A DNA stretch of 56,173 bases, counting the filler, from Catajapyx aquilonaris (Eukaryota), in assembly GCA_000934665.2 (NCBI GenBank). It is 3 parts of 3 records of this genome, joined end to end, with 100 filler letters (N's around TTAATTAATTAA, not from the genome) between each part and the next. Parts side by side here need not be neighbours in the genome. Positions count along the whole stretch, not along the records: positions 18,657 to 37,525 come from JYFJ02006661.1; positions 37,626 to 56,173 come from JYFJ02006662.1; 1 more part is not named here. One strand, written 5' to 3'. The position numbers and the translations under genes were made by a program. Shown in pieces: positions 35,930-47,106 of the stretch (within the stretch, counting starts at the first letter, position 1; every line of letters begins with the position of its first letter). The notes below the pieces were generated by a model that was not told where the DNA came from, did not search any database, and worked only from the letters and a program-made list of their open reading frames with translations.

Positions 35930-37370
35930 GGGCAATTCCACGTGAACACATTTGGAGTAATTTCATTACTAATATTGATGTGAGTACTCTTACGCTACAC
36001 GTCTTGCAACTAAATTTCCTTTAGGGGGGTGGAATACCACCATTTGGGTGGAACCGGTATACTAAGATAGTATTTAGTGTGTTCCAAGGGTAGGTAGGAG
36101 GGGATGTGCAAAGTGCGTGTGCAATGTCGTTGATGTGCCGTTTTGTGAACTCCCCCGGGTGGCATATGTGCAAGGATCGCCACCCGAAACGAAGCCAGAG
36201 ACGGTCTCACTCTGCACGAAAGAAGGTGGGAACCCCGGGTGGGGATTGAACCCGGGACCTTAGCTTCCGTGGGCGCACGCGTTACCGCGGCGCCACTCCG
36301 TCTCCCCATATTTGGCAAATATCAAAAAAAAGGGTTCTCCAGATTTTGCGGAAATGTCAATTAAACATTACCCTGATCATTTTAAGTGCCATCCAAAAGA
36401 TATCGAAAGGGGCCATCAATAAGCAATATCAAAATCAAAGTTTTGGGCGCCATATTTGACTTTAAATTTTTGAATTTTTGAATTTTGGGTAAGACCATCT
36501 CCTGGAGCATAAAAATACCTTTCCCATACACATATCAAATATAAGATTTGACATGAGCTTCTCCTAGTTATGGAAACCAAAAAAGTTATTATTGTCGGCA
36601 AATATCGAAAAAGGGTTCTTGAGATTTTTCGAAAATGTGAAGTAAACATTGCCCTTGTCATTTTAAGTGCCATTCAAAAGAAATCGTAGGGGTCGAATAT
36701 TGATCAATATCAAAATGAAAAATTGGCCGTCATCTTTGATTTAAAGTTTTTTTATTCTTCCATTTTGAGAATGACCATCTCCTGTGGCATAAAAACACCT
36801 TCCGAATACACATATCAAATATAAGATTTGACCTGACCTTCTCCTAGTTATGATCCTCCAAATGAGGTGACCACACTTACGGGACGCGTTTGGAACCAAA
36901 AAAGTTATTATTGTCGGCAAATATCGAAAAAGGGTTCTTGAAATTTTTCGGAAATGTGAAGTAAACATTGCCCTTGTCATTTTAAGTGCCATTCAAAAGA
37001 AATCGTAGGGGTCGATTCACGACCAATATCAAAATCAAGGTTTTGGGCGCCATATTTGATTTTAGATTTTTGGATTTTTCAATTTTGGGTATGGCCATCT
37101 CATAGAGAGTAAAATTATCCTTCGAATACACATATCAAATGTTATATTTGACCTGACCTTCTAGGAGATATGGCCATCTTAGTGACAGCGAACGTATAAA
37201 AAATGGTCGAAAATTGGCATCTTTGACACCCTGTGGTTATGCAACCACGTAACGCAGAGGGATAATAATTTGGATTCCTGCATAGGTCGATGTGTAGTAC
37301 ACGTCACTACATTTTGGTCAAGGTCCTCAAAGATTTAGCGGAAGGTGTGCCGCTTGACGTGGAATGCCTC
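35930..37370. mobile_element. Sola-like non-autonomous element with about 280-320-nt tandem subrepeats
   Basis: TTTTAAGTGCCAT units near 36380, 36661 and 36980; ends GGAATGCCTC|ATAT; inverted relative to 24275-24752 plus 30955-31260. Confidence 0.65.
36016..36307 (-). mobile_element. tRNA-derived SINE
   Basis: Head GGGGAGACGGAGTGGCGCCGCGGTAA (A box) ... GGGTTCAATCCCC (B box); interrupts the host repeat. Confidence 0.8.
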
Positions 37371-37525
37371 ATATATATACAGGGTGTTTATTGTAACTCT
37401 GCAAAGACTTTCAGGGGTAATAGAGGACGACCAAGACAAGAATTTTTGACATAGGAACCCGTGTCCGGAAACGCCATCTAGAGGGGGTTCATAGACAAGG
37501 AACGGGTGCGCTCAGACGCGTCACG

Positions 37526-37625
37526 NNNNNNNNNNNNNNNNNNNNNNNNNNNNNNNNNNNNNNNNNNNNTTAATTAATTAANNNNNNNNNNNNNNNNNNN
37601 NNNNNNNNNNNNNNNNNNNNNNNNN
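37526..37625. other. Artificial scaffold linker/gap
   Basis: N44 + TTAATTAATTAA + N44. Confidence 0.97.
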
Positions 37626-40518
37626 ACCTCCTAACTAGTCCAAACAAATCCCTGAGGTCAATTCTTGCCGTCCCGTCATTTCCGTCTACACCCCCTTTTT
37701 GAGCATTCATTGCCTGGACTATTAGTGAGAAACCTTGAAAAAATCATCATGGTAAGCACGGGGTAGCACTGACTTGTGAGGCTTTGGTTGCTTGCCTCCA
37801 AACAATGGAGAGGGAAATGTGATGACTGTAAAGAGGATCCAAGATGTTCATAGAAACTAGCAAGGGGGTAGTGACTCCTCAAAAAAGTATACACCAGCTC
37901 TCTTGAATTGTGGCTCTCCCCAGCATCAGTGAGTCAGTAAGACCATGGGCAAGCCGGTTTAAACTCGCTGATACTTGGTGATCCGGGAGAGCCGAGGAGA
38001 GCTGGGGGTGGGCCAAGGAGGCCGCCGTAGGCAAAATTACGTCACATGATGAGTAACATTGGCGTTTTTTGCCCCAGATCTCTGTGGCCCTCCTCGGCTC
38101 ACCAGCGAGTCTTTTCAGTCTGAGCCACTTGGCAAATGCCAACATTCTCGCTCTTCGCATAACAATCCACTCCATGTTTATACCTGTCCTATAATATTTA
38201 TTGGTGGGGCCTCAGCACATTTCGCACAGGTCCAAAAATTTTATATAGCCATTAAAGAAACGAAAAATAGAAACGAGCTGCTTTTCTGGATGGCCAGTAT
38301 AATAGTGTGCATTATTAGCTTCACCACACCTTTGCCCAATATTAGGTCTCATGCACTTAGCCTAGCCCTTCCCTTCCCAAGACCTCTTCCGTATGATAGC
38401 TGACCTGAACCAACTGGCTGACCAGCACAATTTGGGCCCAGCCTCTCCTGCACAATAATAGTGTCTCCAGATTCACTGCCGGCATGAAGAGGATCCAGCA
38501 TCAAGCCATCAGTGAGGAGCTTCCTCACCAAAGGCCAAGACAGAGTATTGGGGCCGTCCATTTCCTTTCATTCGTGCAACCCACAATCCCTCTTCAGTTG
38601 ACAGGAGAGATGTCCAAAGGTATGAAGCCTAAAATATCATGGAGACTTGACCCATTGCCACTTTCAATGGGTTAAATGAAAAACAGCGATATTGATGTTC
38701 TGGTGGAATAAATTGAAGGTCTGTCGGTCAGTGTGTGTTTATGGCAACTCGTGTAAGTCTGGATCAAATTATGGGTTACCCAAATTCAGGAAATACACTT
38801 ACGCTGTGAATATTACAAAAATTATTTTCTTACTTTGTTGTAGATGAGGGTTTGAACTTCCAAATCATAATGTAAATTCTAACATGAAACATAGATTAAA
38901 TTCTTCTTCCATATGGTGAAGTTATATGGTTATTTGGCCACCCTCTTCATGACTCATGATGAATGCTAAATAACTTGTATAACAGGTGCAAATATTATTT
39001 ATTAAAGGCGCTATAAGTTGACATGCCCACAACATTCATACATAACTGTCAACTCTGTGGGTGGAGAAAACAAGAATGAGTAGTTAAAAGCTGAGGGCAT
39101 TTTCCATGTTGCCGCAGAAAATATCAAAGATTGAAGAATATTATTTCAGGTAGTACTTTCACTTTTGAACTATAATCCTGGGCCCCCATAACTCACAATG
39201 CTTCAAGTGAATTGCCAGTGAAATATGCACTTTATTAAAAACAACAAGGTAGTCTAGGCAGGAGAGTGTTTTCCATATTAACATCAACAAAGGAACTCCT
39301 CATCCACAAGATCACTCTAGGTAAAGGCATCGTTTGCTCTCAGCACATTGAATATTTGTTTACGTCACTATCAGTCCAAGTAAAATGTGGGTCAAATTGT
39401 GCAGTAGCCACAACTGGTAAGCACTTTAAAGTATGCCACGAGTAAAACCTTTTATTCTTGTGTGGTCGTATGCAAACCTTCTATGCTACACTATTTAAAA
39501 GCCCACTGTGGAACCTAATAATCCTCCAGAAAGTTTGTTGATGTTATAATGGAACACCCTGTATAAAGTCTTGTCCAATTCAATCTGTGCTGGAACGTGC
39601 TCTCAGAAACAGTTTGTTTCACGCAATACAAGCGTACCATATACAAGCTGTTGACTTATTCTGATGAATGTCTTATCTCCCAAATTCACACCAGATAATA
39701 AGAGGCTCACCTACCAACTGGAGCCCTGTATCTATAAATAAATAATGATAAAATGTTCCTTTACGTATACTCATATCAGACTGCTATTTGGGAAGAGTGA
39801 CTTAGCAACCAAGCCAGGAAGAAGTAGTGGTACAACTGGAGAGGACAGGGATGAAGGGTGAATTCTATGCTGTGAGGCCATGGATAGATTTGATGTCCAA
39901 TGAGAAAGTGTAATAGTCTTAATGACAATTCGCAACACTTTACCAGTATGTTCAACTTGAAAAATTGTTGGGCTATGGGGTTCTTCAACAGGACACGGGA
40001 ATTTGTCCCTGGAGATTCTGACCAAAATTCAACGAGCATCATGTGAGATTACAGCGCCAAAGAGCTTCTCTTTGTCTTAACAGTTGATCCCTCATACCCC
40101 ATATCGTTTCCGCAGGCACTGAGATTCACTGGCAACAATAACATGTTTTTAAAAATACTGATATTATTTTTCAATTTTCTTTGTTCCCAAATTTTCCATT
40201 CCAATATGAAAATAGTTTAAAATTCGTTACCGACCGATAATTCAAACTGTCAAGAACTAGTGTCAACTTTTAAAATTTGCAAGCAAACAATTTGGTTACG
40301 ACTGAATGGGCACTGCAACTGTCATGCTCAATCTCGAAGCATGCCAGTCATACAAAGCAATGTACATGTCAAAATAATGGAGAAGCTAAGAGAAGAGAAA
40401 AGAGATGGTAGGAGGAGAAGGGCACAGAAAAGCACTGGAGGACGTTGCCCAAGTACACTTTTGGAGGATGGAGTGGGAAGGGTTGGGTGCCAGGATTATT
40501 TATAAGGTAGGTGAGGTG

Positions 40519-41227
40519 TCAAGGATTCGAGGCATCCCAGGGGTACAGCTCGATGCTTTCCTGCCCCTGGGAGTGTTGACTTTGGTCCCGGTTTGCTGCT
40601 GCTGCGGCTATCTCGGAGGAAGAAGAAGGGCTGTCTGCTGGTGTCTCTGGCCTGAGCTGCTGCTGTGGGGGAACTGGCACTAGCAGCACTACCTCAGTTG
40701 GAGGAGCACTGGGGTTGGGGTCCTCCATTGGAGGGGAGAGGGAGGGGGGGACCCTGCTCAGCCCAGGGTAAGGGGGCGGGGGAAGCAAGGGGCAGGTGAG
40801 TTGCATCTGTCCCCTTGAGGGCGGGATGGAGCTGAGGGTCACTCGCTTCTTCAGAGCCACTTTGTGTGTCCTGTGGGGAGGAGCGTCTGGGCTGGCAGAC
40901 CACTCCGCACGATTGTGCCCGACAGTCAGGTCACCCCCCTTGAAAATAGGGGTGTTGGGCTCAGAGGCCATCTTACTGTCTGTGAGTATGGCTTTTGCAG
41001 TGGGGGTGGGGGATGGGGTGGGTGATGGAAGAGAGGAGGCAGCGTCTCCTTGTGCCACCCACACCCTGGTCTTGCGGTCCTCCATGTACATTTCCAAGAG
41101 CTGGTCCAGCTTGGACTCAATGTCATCCACCTGGCGCTCCACCTTCACAACTCGAGATGCCAAGCTCAGCTTTGATTCGTACACATCCTTGGCTTTTGAG
41201 CCCTGCTTGCCAAGGATCACATCCAAC
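40519..41227 (-). CDS. KCNQ: KCNQ last exon (helix D and Pro-rich tail)
   Basis: [41 protein letters not shown]; stop at 40519. Confidence 0.93.
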
Positions 41228-44200
41228 CTGTAATAACCAAGAAAGAGTTGAAACCCAGATAAATCCAGTTCAAACTTTAAAAATTACTCTGCTTGTTCAC
41301 TTGAGGGATGGATGATATTCAGCCCATGTTTTGTAGTTTAATACTCACCTGCCTTGGACATTCTTAACACGCCCTAGGAGATCAACGTGCCCCGCTGAGT
41401 ACTGCTCCATCACGTCTTTCACATCATAGGGCTTGAGCGCCTCCTTAAACTTTCGTCGGGCAACAAAGTACTTGAGCTGGAAGGAAATCCTGTCACAACA
41501 CTTTCTGTGCCAGGCAATGTCAATGCTAACCTTCCGAAAGAAGCGTATTGCTATTTTGTGCTGAGACGTCAGCTGAATAAATGGGGCCTCCTCCTCATCA
41601 TCTGGAAAAAGAGAGATGTATCTCAATAGTGCCATAAGTGCATTCTTAATGCTCTTTAATACCTCTACCAATGTGTCAAGTGTAGCGTGAAGGTGTTATG
41701 TACAAAATTATTCTTCCCTTCTCCAAGGAGCAGAAAACAGTGGGGCAGTGCTTTGGAGGGGACACTTACACAGACCGTGCCCTAGAGGCAAGTGTCCATT
41801 GAGCAGGTGGAGTGAGCGAGTAGGCCGATTACAAAGTGCCAGGTGCAAACTGCTTGGGGGACCATACCCAGGGGGAGGAAATCTACAACGCAGGAAGAGC
41901 CATCTATTCAAAGTCTTGATGGTGGCAGAAGACCCAACTATAGGGAAAACAGGCTTAATAAAAGAGGGGATAGGAAGAGGGCCAGCAGGTCACCAATCCT
42001 ACAAAATACTCTGTACAAAAGTAGAGGGAGGGAAATGAAAGAGAGAGATAAAGAGAAGTGCCTGCCAAAGGATGTTTTCTGCCATGTTGTCATAGGCGTC
42101 ACGTAACATCTGTCCAAGGTTCATATGATCTACTACTTGGTCTGCCAGTCACGCTATCCCTTGCAATATGTAATGCAATATTACGTACACTGGTCACTTT
42201 AACTGAAAGGTGCATGCAATATTCAAGGCCTCACAGCGAGGTTAATCATATTTTCCTTTGACAGATGTTGGTATAGCTGATAAAGGTTTCTTCACAAGTT
42301 GTTGAAGCACCAAGTGAGTCTTAAAATCACAACAGTTAAGCAAAACTGTCACTGCTTCACACTGACACAGTGAAGCATATATGATTTGGCATGATAATAG
42401 TGCACAAAAGCAATTGGACATGTCTTAAAATTCTTTTCCTGGCCTTGTTTCATGGTACTTTAATAACTTGTGTGTAAAACTCTTATCATCATCAAATTCA
42501 CTTTAGTGTTCATATCCTGTCTAGCAAGTTCACAGAGTGTACCTGTTTCATTTAGTCACTTTTACCCTGTTGCAGTCCCCATTCATCTGATACCAGTACT
42601 TGACAACAAGATTAAAGAATTGTTTCTAGTGCAATTTGAAATGGACAGTGTTCATCTCTGATGTATTTTAAGTAATTTAAATATTTCTTCCAGAAATTTC
42701 ATTTCAAAGAAAGAAAAAATTGTTGCCAAATTTTTGTGGCCTTACAAGTTTTCACACTATCACATTGGCTGCCGAAACTGAATCTCCTGAGAAGTAGGCC
42801 TATGTCATACATTTCTCTACAATTTGAATTCCTTTAAATTTTCTTCCTGGATGAAAACAAGCACATTCAATTTTAGGTTCGGCGCCCATGACAACATGAG
42901 GGAATAGGCCTACCAAAGGATTATGCTGAATGTTGAGGATGAAGAATAAGGAAGTGGGTGGGTCCAGAGGGGTGGAGAAGGAACCTTTGTCTTCCGGTCC
43001 ACCAAATTCCTTGCGAAGGAGGCCACACAGCAGCAGGGGAAGGGCCGACTCTTCCAGGCCAACCATCGAGGCCGAAGAAGGCGGGATAGGGGAAGAAGGC
43101 GCTTGCTCATCTGATGGTGACGTCCATCCTGCTGTATGTGCACGCAATTTCCTTGGAACCAGTAATTCTATCCCATTCCCCAACCCACTCAACCTTCTAA
43201 CCCAATTTGCTCAGCCAGCATGGTTCATACCACTGCATTCAAGACATGGCAACTCACATGAAAAGCCAATGCTCATGCATTTTGCTGGGAAAGCTTCTCC
43301 GCCCCCTAGTCATTTCACCTAGTAAAAATGATTCACAGCACAAAACTGGAATATGAAATTGTCAGCAAAATGAATCAAAGCAATCTCTACAATTTATCTA
43401 ATATTTGATGATCTTCAGCACACTACTTGGAATACCCATATCAGTACCGTATATTATCTGAAGAGATTGGTATAGCATAATGCTAAGCGCCCTTGATTTG
43501 GTGGCCAAAAAAAAACAAAAAAAAAAACAGTGAAACTCACAGCAGGATGGGAATATTGTGTTCAAAGCCACTCGTGAACTTTTTAAGGAAAAGCTTTATT
43601 TAAATAAATAAGTCAGTCTTTTAAGAAAGCATAGCATTTTGATGCTTCAAAGATCCTAGTGTAATAATGAGTTATTCTTATTCTGGCAGCACTGAGAGAA
43701 AATGATCTTGTCGTGAATCTGTGTGTCTGCCAATAACTCAGTATTGCACAACTTGATTCTTGAAAAAAATTTCATAACTTGAAACATGCATGCCAAGTGA
43801 GTCAAATGTAATCAGTTTTATTGTGATCAGAAGTGAAACATAGTGATCAAACGCTTCTTTAAAAGATCAACTTATGTCCCTTTAATAACCGATCAAAAAC
43901 TCACAGCATGCTAGACTGAAATCAATTTGTTCTCACTTCGTTTTCTTAGCTTCAGAAGGGAGTACTTGGTGCCAAGTGTCGAGTGTTTGGCTACTCGTCA
44001 TGTAAGGTACAAACATTGAACATATTAAATGACGTAAGGGAAGTCCTAAAAGAAATATGGAATACCCATCCACAGTAATTGACTTTTTAAATCACACAGC
44101 ACAATGCAGACTAGGCATTGCATAGAATCTGATTTCATCAGTCACGTTGATCAAGTGCCCCACTGGGGAGCCAGGTATGAAATGTCAGTATCATAACGAC

Positions 44201-47106
44201 TGAGTGCTCTAATATGGCACATGTTTTTAAGGGAACACAAATTGAGCAAGCTTCTCAGGGAACTCTATGTTGACTGAGAATAATCCAACCAACAATGATG
44301 TGGCCCTTTGACAGGCGTTTAGTGAACTTCAGCATAGGGATCAAAGGCCTGCTGCAGCTCATCCATTTACTGCATCCAATAAGGTCAACATACATCCAAT
44401 GCATATTATCTGATATTATTTACTTCTCTTGTTTAATGTGAGCTCTGGCCAGGTCAACCTGAGGTACGCTTAGATCAAAAAGAGCACTTTAACAATTTCA
44501 TGTTCAACACAATGAAGTATACTGTAGATTGGCATACTTCAATTTCTTTCAGGACACCACATATAAGCTAAAGGCTTTTAATACGTTACCTGCATTAAAC
44601 TTGTTAGCATTATGTTGCACCGATCCTTTTAATTACAGATGCCCAAACTACAACACAACAGCCACTTCTGGCCTCCACATCCACATAGTTAGGGAATTTA
44701 ATATCAAATGGCATGTTGCATTTAAAAAATCACGGAAGATTCTCTAATTTGTACAATGAAGTCACTTTTCTAATATAAAGCAAGCCGACCAGGTATAAAA
44801 TCGTTATGATATTCATGGTCATCTCAAGTCATCCCTTTCAGACCTTGCTTCACTGCTACTTGGCTGAGCATTGTTGCAAGAATTTGGAAACAGGCTTACA
44901 GGCATACATTTAGGGATATTTACATAAGTGTTTCATTAGGTTTCGTGTGTCTATTTTTCCTTGCATTAATGAAAGAAATGCTGCAATATAGTGACAGGAA
45001 TAGATTCATTCCTATAATGATTTGTCTAATAACCTAACTGTGTGTTTTTGGTTGACTCTTTGCTTCCAGTAATAATAGTAAAAACACACCTTCTGTTAGT
45101 TATTTGCATCACGTGTGTTTCAAATGCTGCACGCCTGCAACTCTCACATGAGTCACTAACAGAAGATGGTATTTACCAATCTACTTTTACTCATCCACGA
45201 TCTGCCTAATTACTAGAAAAAGTTACCATTTCTTTGGAGACAAGGAATCTTGCCTGATTTTTTTACTGCATCATGACTGCCATCTTTGCCACAAGTTCAG
45301 TAACAAAAAAACAAAAAAAAACCATTATGGATGCCTATGAGAGCTTGACATTATATAATGCAACACTCCACGTGTACACTTTTACTTTCAAATAAGGAGC
45401 TCATAATTATATCAAAGCATTCCTCATAGTGTCATCTAATAAAAGTGGATTTAAAAACATCTTGTGTTAATTTTATATTGTAGAGCCCATCATTCTCACT
45501 AAATTCTGATTTCATTCATAAATTTAGTTGTTATTCCACTTATCCACACAAGACATCCATCCTTTCCTCTTTGGCGCATCCAGATTACAAGTTTGGGCAC
45601 CTTTGCATGTAACAATAATTCCTTAGGAAGTCATTGGCATGGAATGCCAACAAACATTTTTTTTTAAATTCCCCATGAGAACTCACCATCTGAAGCCTTC
45701 TTGGAAAGGGATGTTTGGGAGGCATCCGGTGCACCATCATCACTGGAAGAGCCGAGGCGAGCACCACCATTACCGACATTTCCTGTCTGCTGAGCCTCCC
45801 CCCTCACTTTGCTGGCCAGAGAAGGTGAGTATGCAGAGGGAGTCATCTTGGGCCTCCGGATTGTTGGCAACCTCGCCACAAACGAAGCATTGTGCTTAAA
45901 GCTGAAATAAAGATTCATTCAGCTCTCACTTGACCAGCTAAGATGGCACACACCATTCAAGACAAGCAGCAAGCTTGGAAGAAGCGAAAATGACATGAAT
46001 CAAAGTGCAGAAAGGCTCGGCCTGCTCCAAAGAGTTACCTTATGCGACGAGATGGGGCAGAAGTGAGCGAAGGTAGAGAGAGGCCGAGACCACCACTCTG
46101 CTCCCCGAAAGAGGAGTTGTGCTTGAACCTGCATCAGCCGTGGTAGAAGAGGGAGAGGCAGAGAGAATGAAGAGCGTGAGTTGTGGCCGCATGCAACTCA
46201 AGCAAGAGGATTCAAACCCGAAGGCCACATTATAAAACACACGCAAGCACACAAACACTGCAAGTACTCACGACGGTGGACTGGGCAGTGGAACTTGATG
46301 CACCTTCCAGGTGGCTATAGAAATGGAATGCTCGTCTGCAGCATAACAGCGCCACAGACACTGGATTAAGTTGGCAGCTGGCTGTCTCCTGCGGATCATG
46401 TGCTTCTGCCTCTGCTGCTGCTGAACCTTCAGGGCAAATCCAGATCCAAGAATTCCCTGAAATAAGACCAGCCTCATAGTAAATGAGATTCTGAGGGGGA
46501 AATTATTCACAGAAGAGAAAACACATGCAAAATACACTTAGAAAGGAGTAGAATACTGACAGCAGGAAGGGCAAAGAAGGAGATCCCCAGCAGAGCACAG
46601 AAGGAGGCAATAACCTTGCCTTGCCAGGTGATAGGCACTGCATCTCCATAACCAACCGTGCATAGAGTAATCTGAAAAAGAAGCACTATCATCATTTAAG
46701 CCTACCCCACCATTAATCACTGAACTTACCACGCCCCACCACAAGGCATCAGCAAAATTTGTAAAGTGCTCGTTGATATCCTTCTCGGCCAGGTACACCA
46801 GGAAGGAAGAAAAGATGAGGCCCAGAAACCCAATATACAGGGTAGTGATGAGTTCCTGTGCAGAGGAGAACACACTGTGAAGTTAAGACGCTCAACATTA
46901 ACTGGCATGAAGAAGCATAAGGCTCTCTACCTGTCTGTGAGCATAAACCACAGATCCCAGAAGTTTCCATGTGCCAGCGCGACGATCCATTCGCACCATG
47001 CGGAGAATCTGGAAGAAGCGCAGGCCCCTGAGTGCGGAGGCAGCAAAGACCTGTCCGCCAGTCCCCAGGCTTAGCACCACAACAGATGCCATTATGGTGA
47101 TTATAT
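40519..47106 (-). CDS. KCNQ: Voltage-gated potassium channel KCNQ (Kv7), 5'-incomplete (S3 to C-terminus)
   Basis: Exons 46931-47106, 46730-46855, 46561-46671, 46272-46456, 45687-45901, 41531-41601, 41349-41476, 40519-41227, plus candidates 46039-46128 and 41770-41937. S4 [17 protein letters not shown], filter [29 protein letters not shown] helix [16 protein letters not shown], helix D. S1-S2 exons not found in the window. Confidence 0.97.
41349..41476 (-). CDS. KCNQ: KCNQ exon helix B-C
   Basis: [38 protein letters not shown]. Confidence 0.96.
41531..41601 (-). CDS. KCNQ: KCNQ exon helix B
   Basis: [24 protein letters not shown]. Confidence 0.92.
41770..41937 (-). CDS. KCNQ: KCNQ candidate 168-nt cassette exon
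   Basis: ttttccctatag| ... T|gtaagt; phase 1-1, open frame. Confidence 0.35.
45687..45901 (-). CDS. KCNQ: KCNQ exon, helix A-B linker
   Basis: [16 protein letters not shown].. (arthropod KCNQ motif); G|gtgagt. Confidence 0.88.
46039..46128 (-). CDS. KCNQ: KCNQ candidate 90-nt cassette exon
   Basis: Long pyrimidine tract plus gatgcag|, AG|gtaact, phase 2-2; [29 protein letters not shown]. Confidence 0.55.
46272..46456 (-). CDS. KCNQ: KCNQ exon S6-helix A
   Basis: [35 protein letters not shown]. Confidence 0.96.
46561..46671 (-). CDS. KCNQ: KCNQ exon selectivity filter-S6
   Basis: [27 protein letters not shown]. Confidence 0.96.
46730..46855 (-). CDS. KCNQ: KCNQ exon S5-pore helix
   Basis: [34 protein letters not shown]. 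Confidence 0.96.
46931..47106 (-). CDS. KCNQ: KCNQ exon S3-S4
   Basis: [49 protein letters not shown]. Confidence 0.96.

Noticed and set aside
36235..36307. Possible tRNA gene
   Set aside because: A and B boxes continue into a repeat body shared with 14968-15310 and there is no clean cloverleaf; it is a SINE head
36416..36992. Repeated ORF MALKMTRAMFTSH (also at 24557)
   Set aside because: Comes from tandem subrepeats of a non-coding transposon arm
37380..39562. CAGGGTGTT inverted ends on either side of the second gap, suggesting true adjacency
   Set aside because: Match is short and imperfect, and CAGGGTG termini are very common
37676..40042. Several 60-110 aa ORFs downstream of KCNQ
   Set aside because: No recognisable domain or consistent splice structure by eye
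40796..41233. 145-aa plus-strand ORF
   Set aside because: Antisense shadow of the KCNQ last exon
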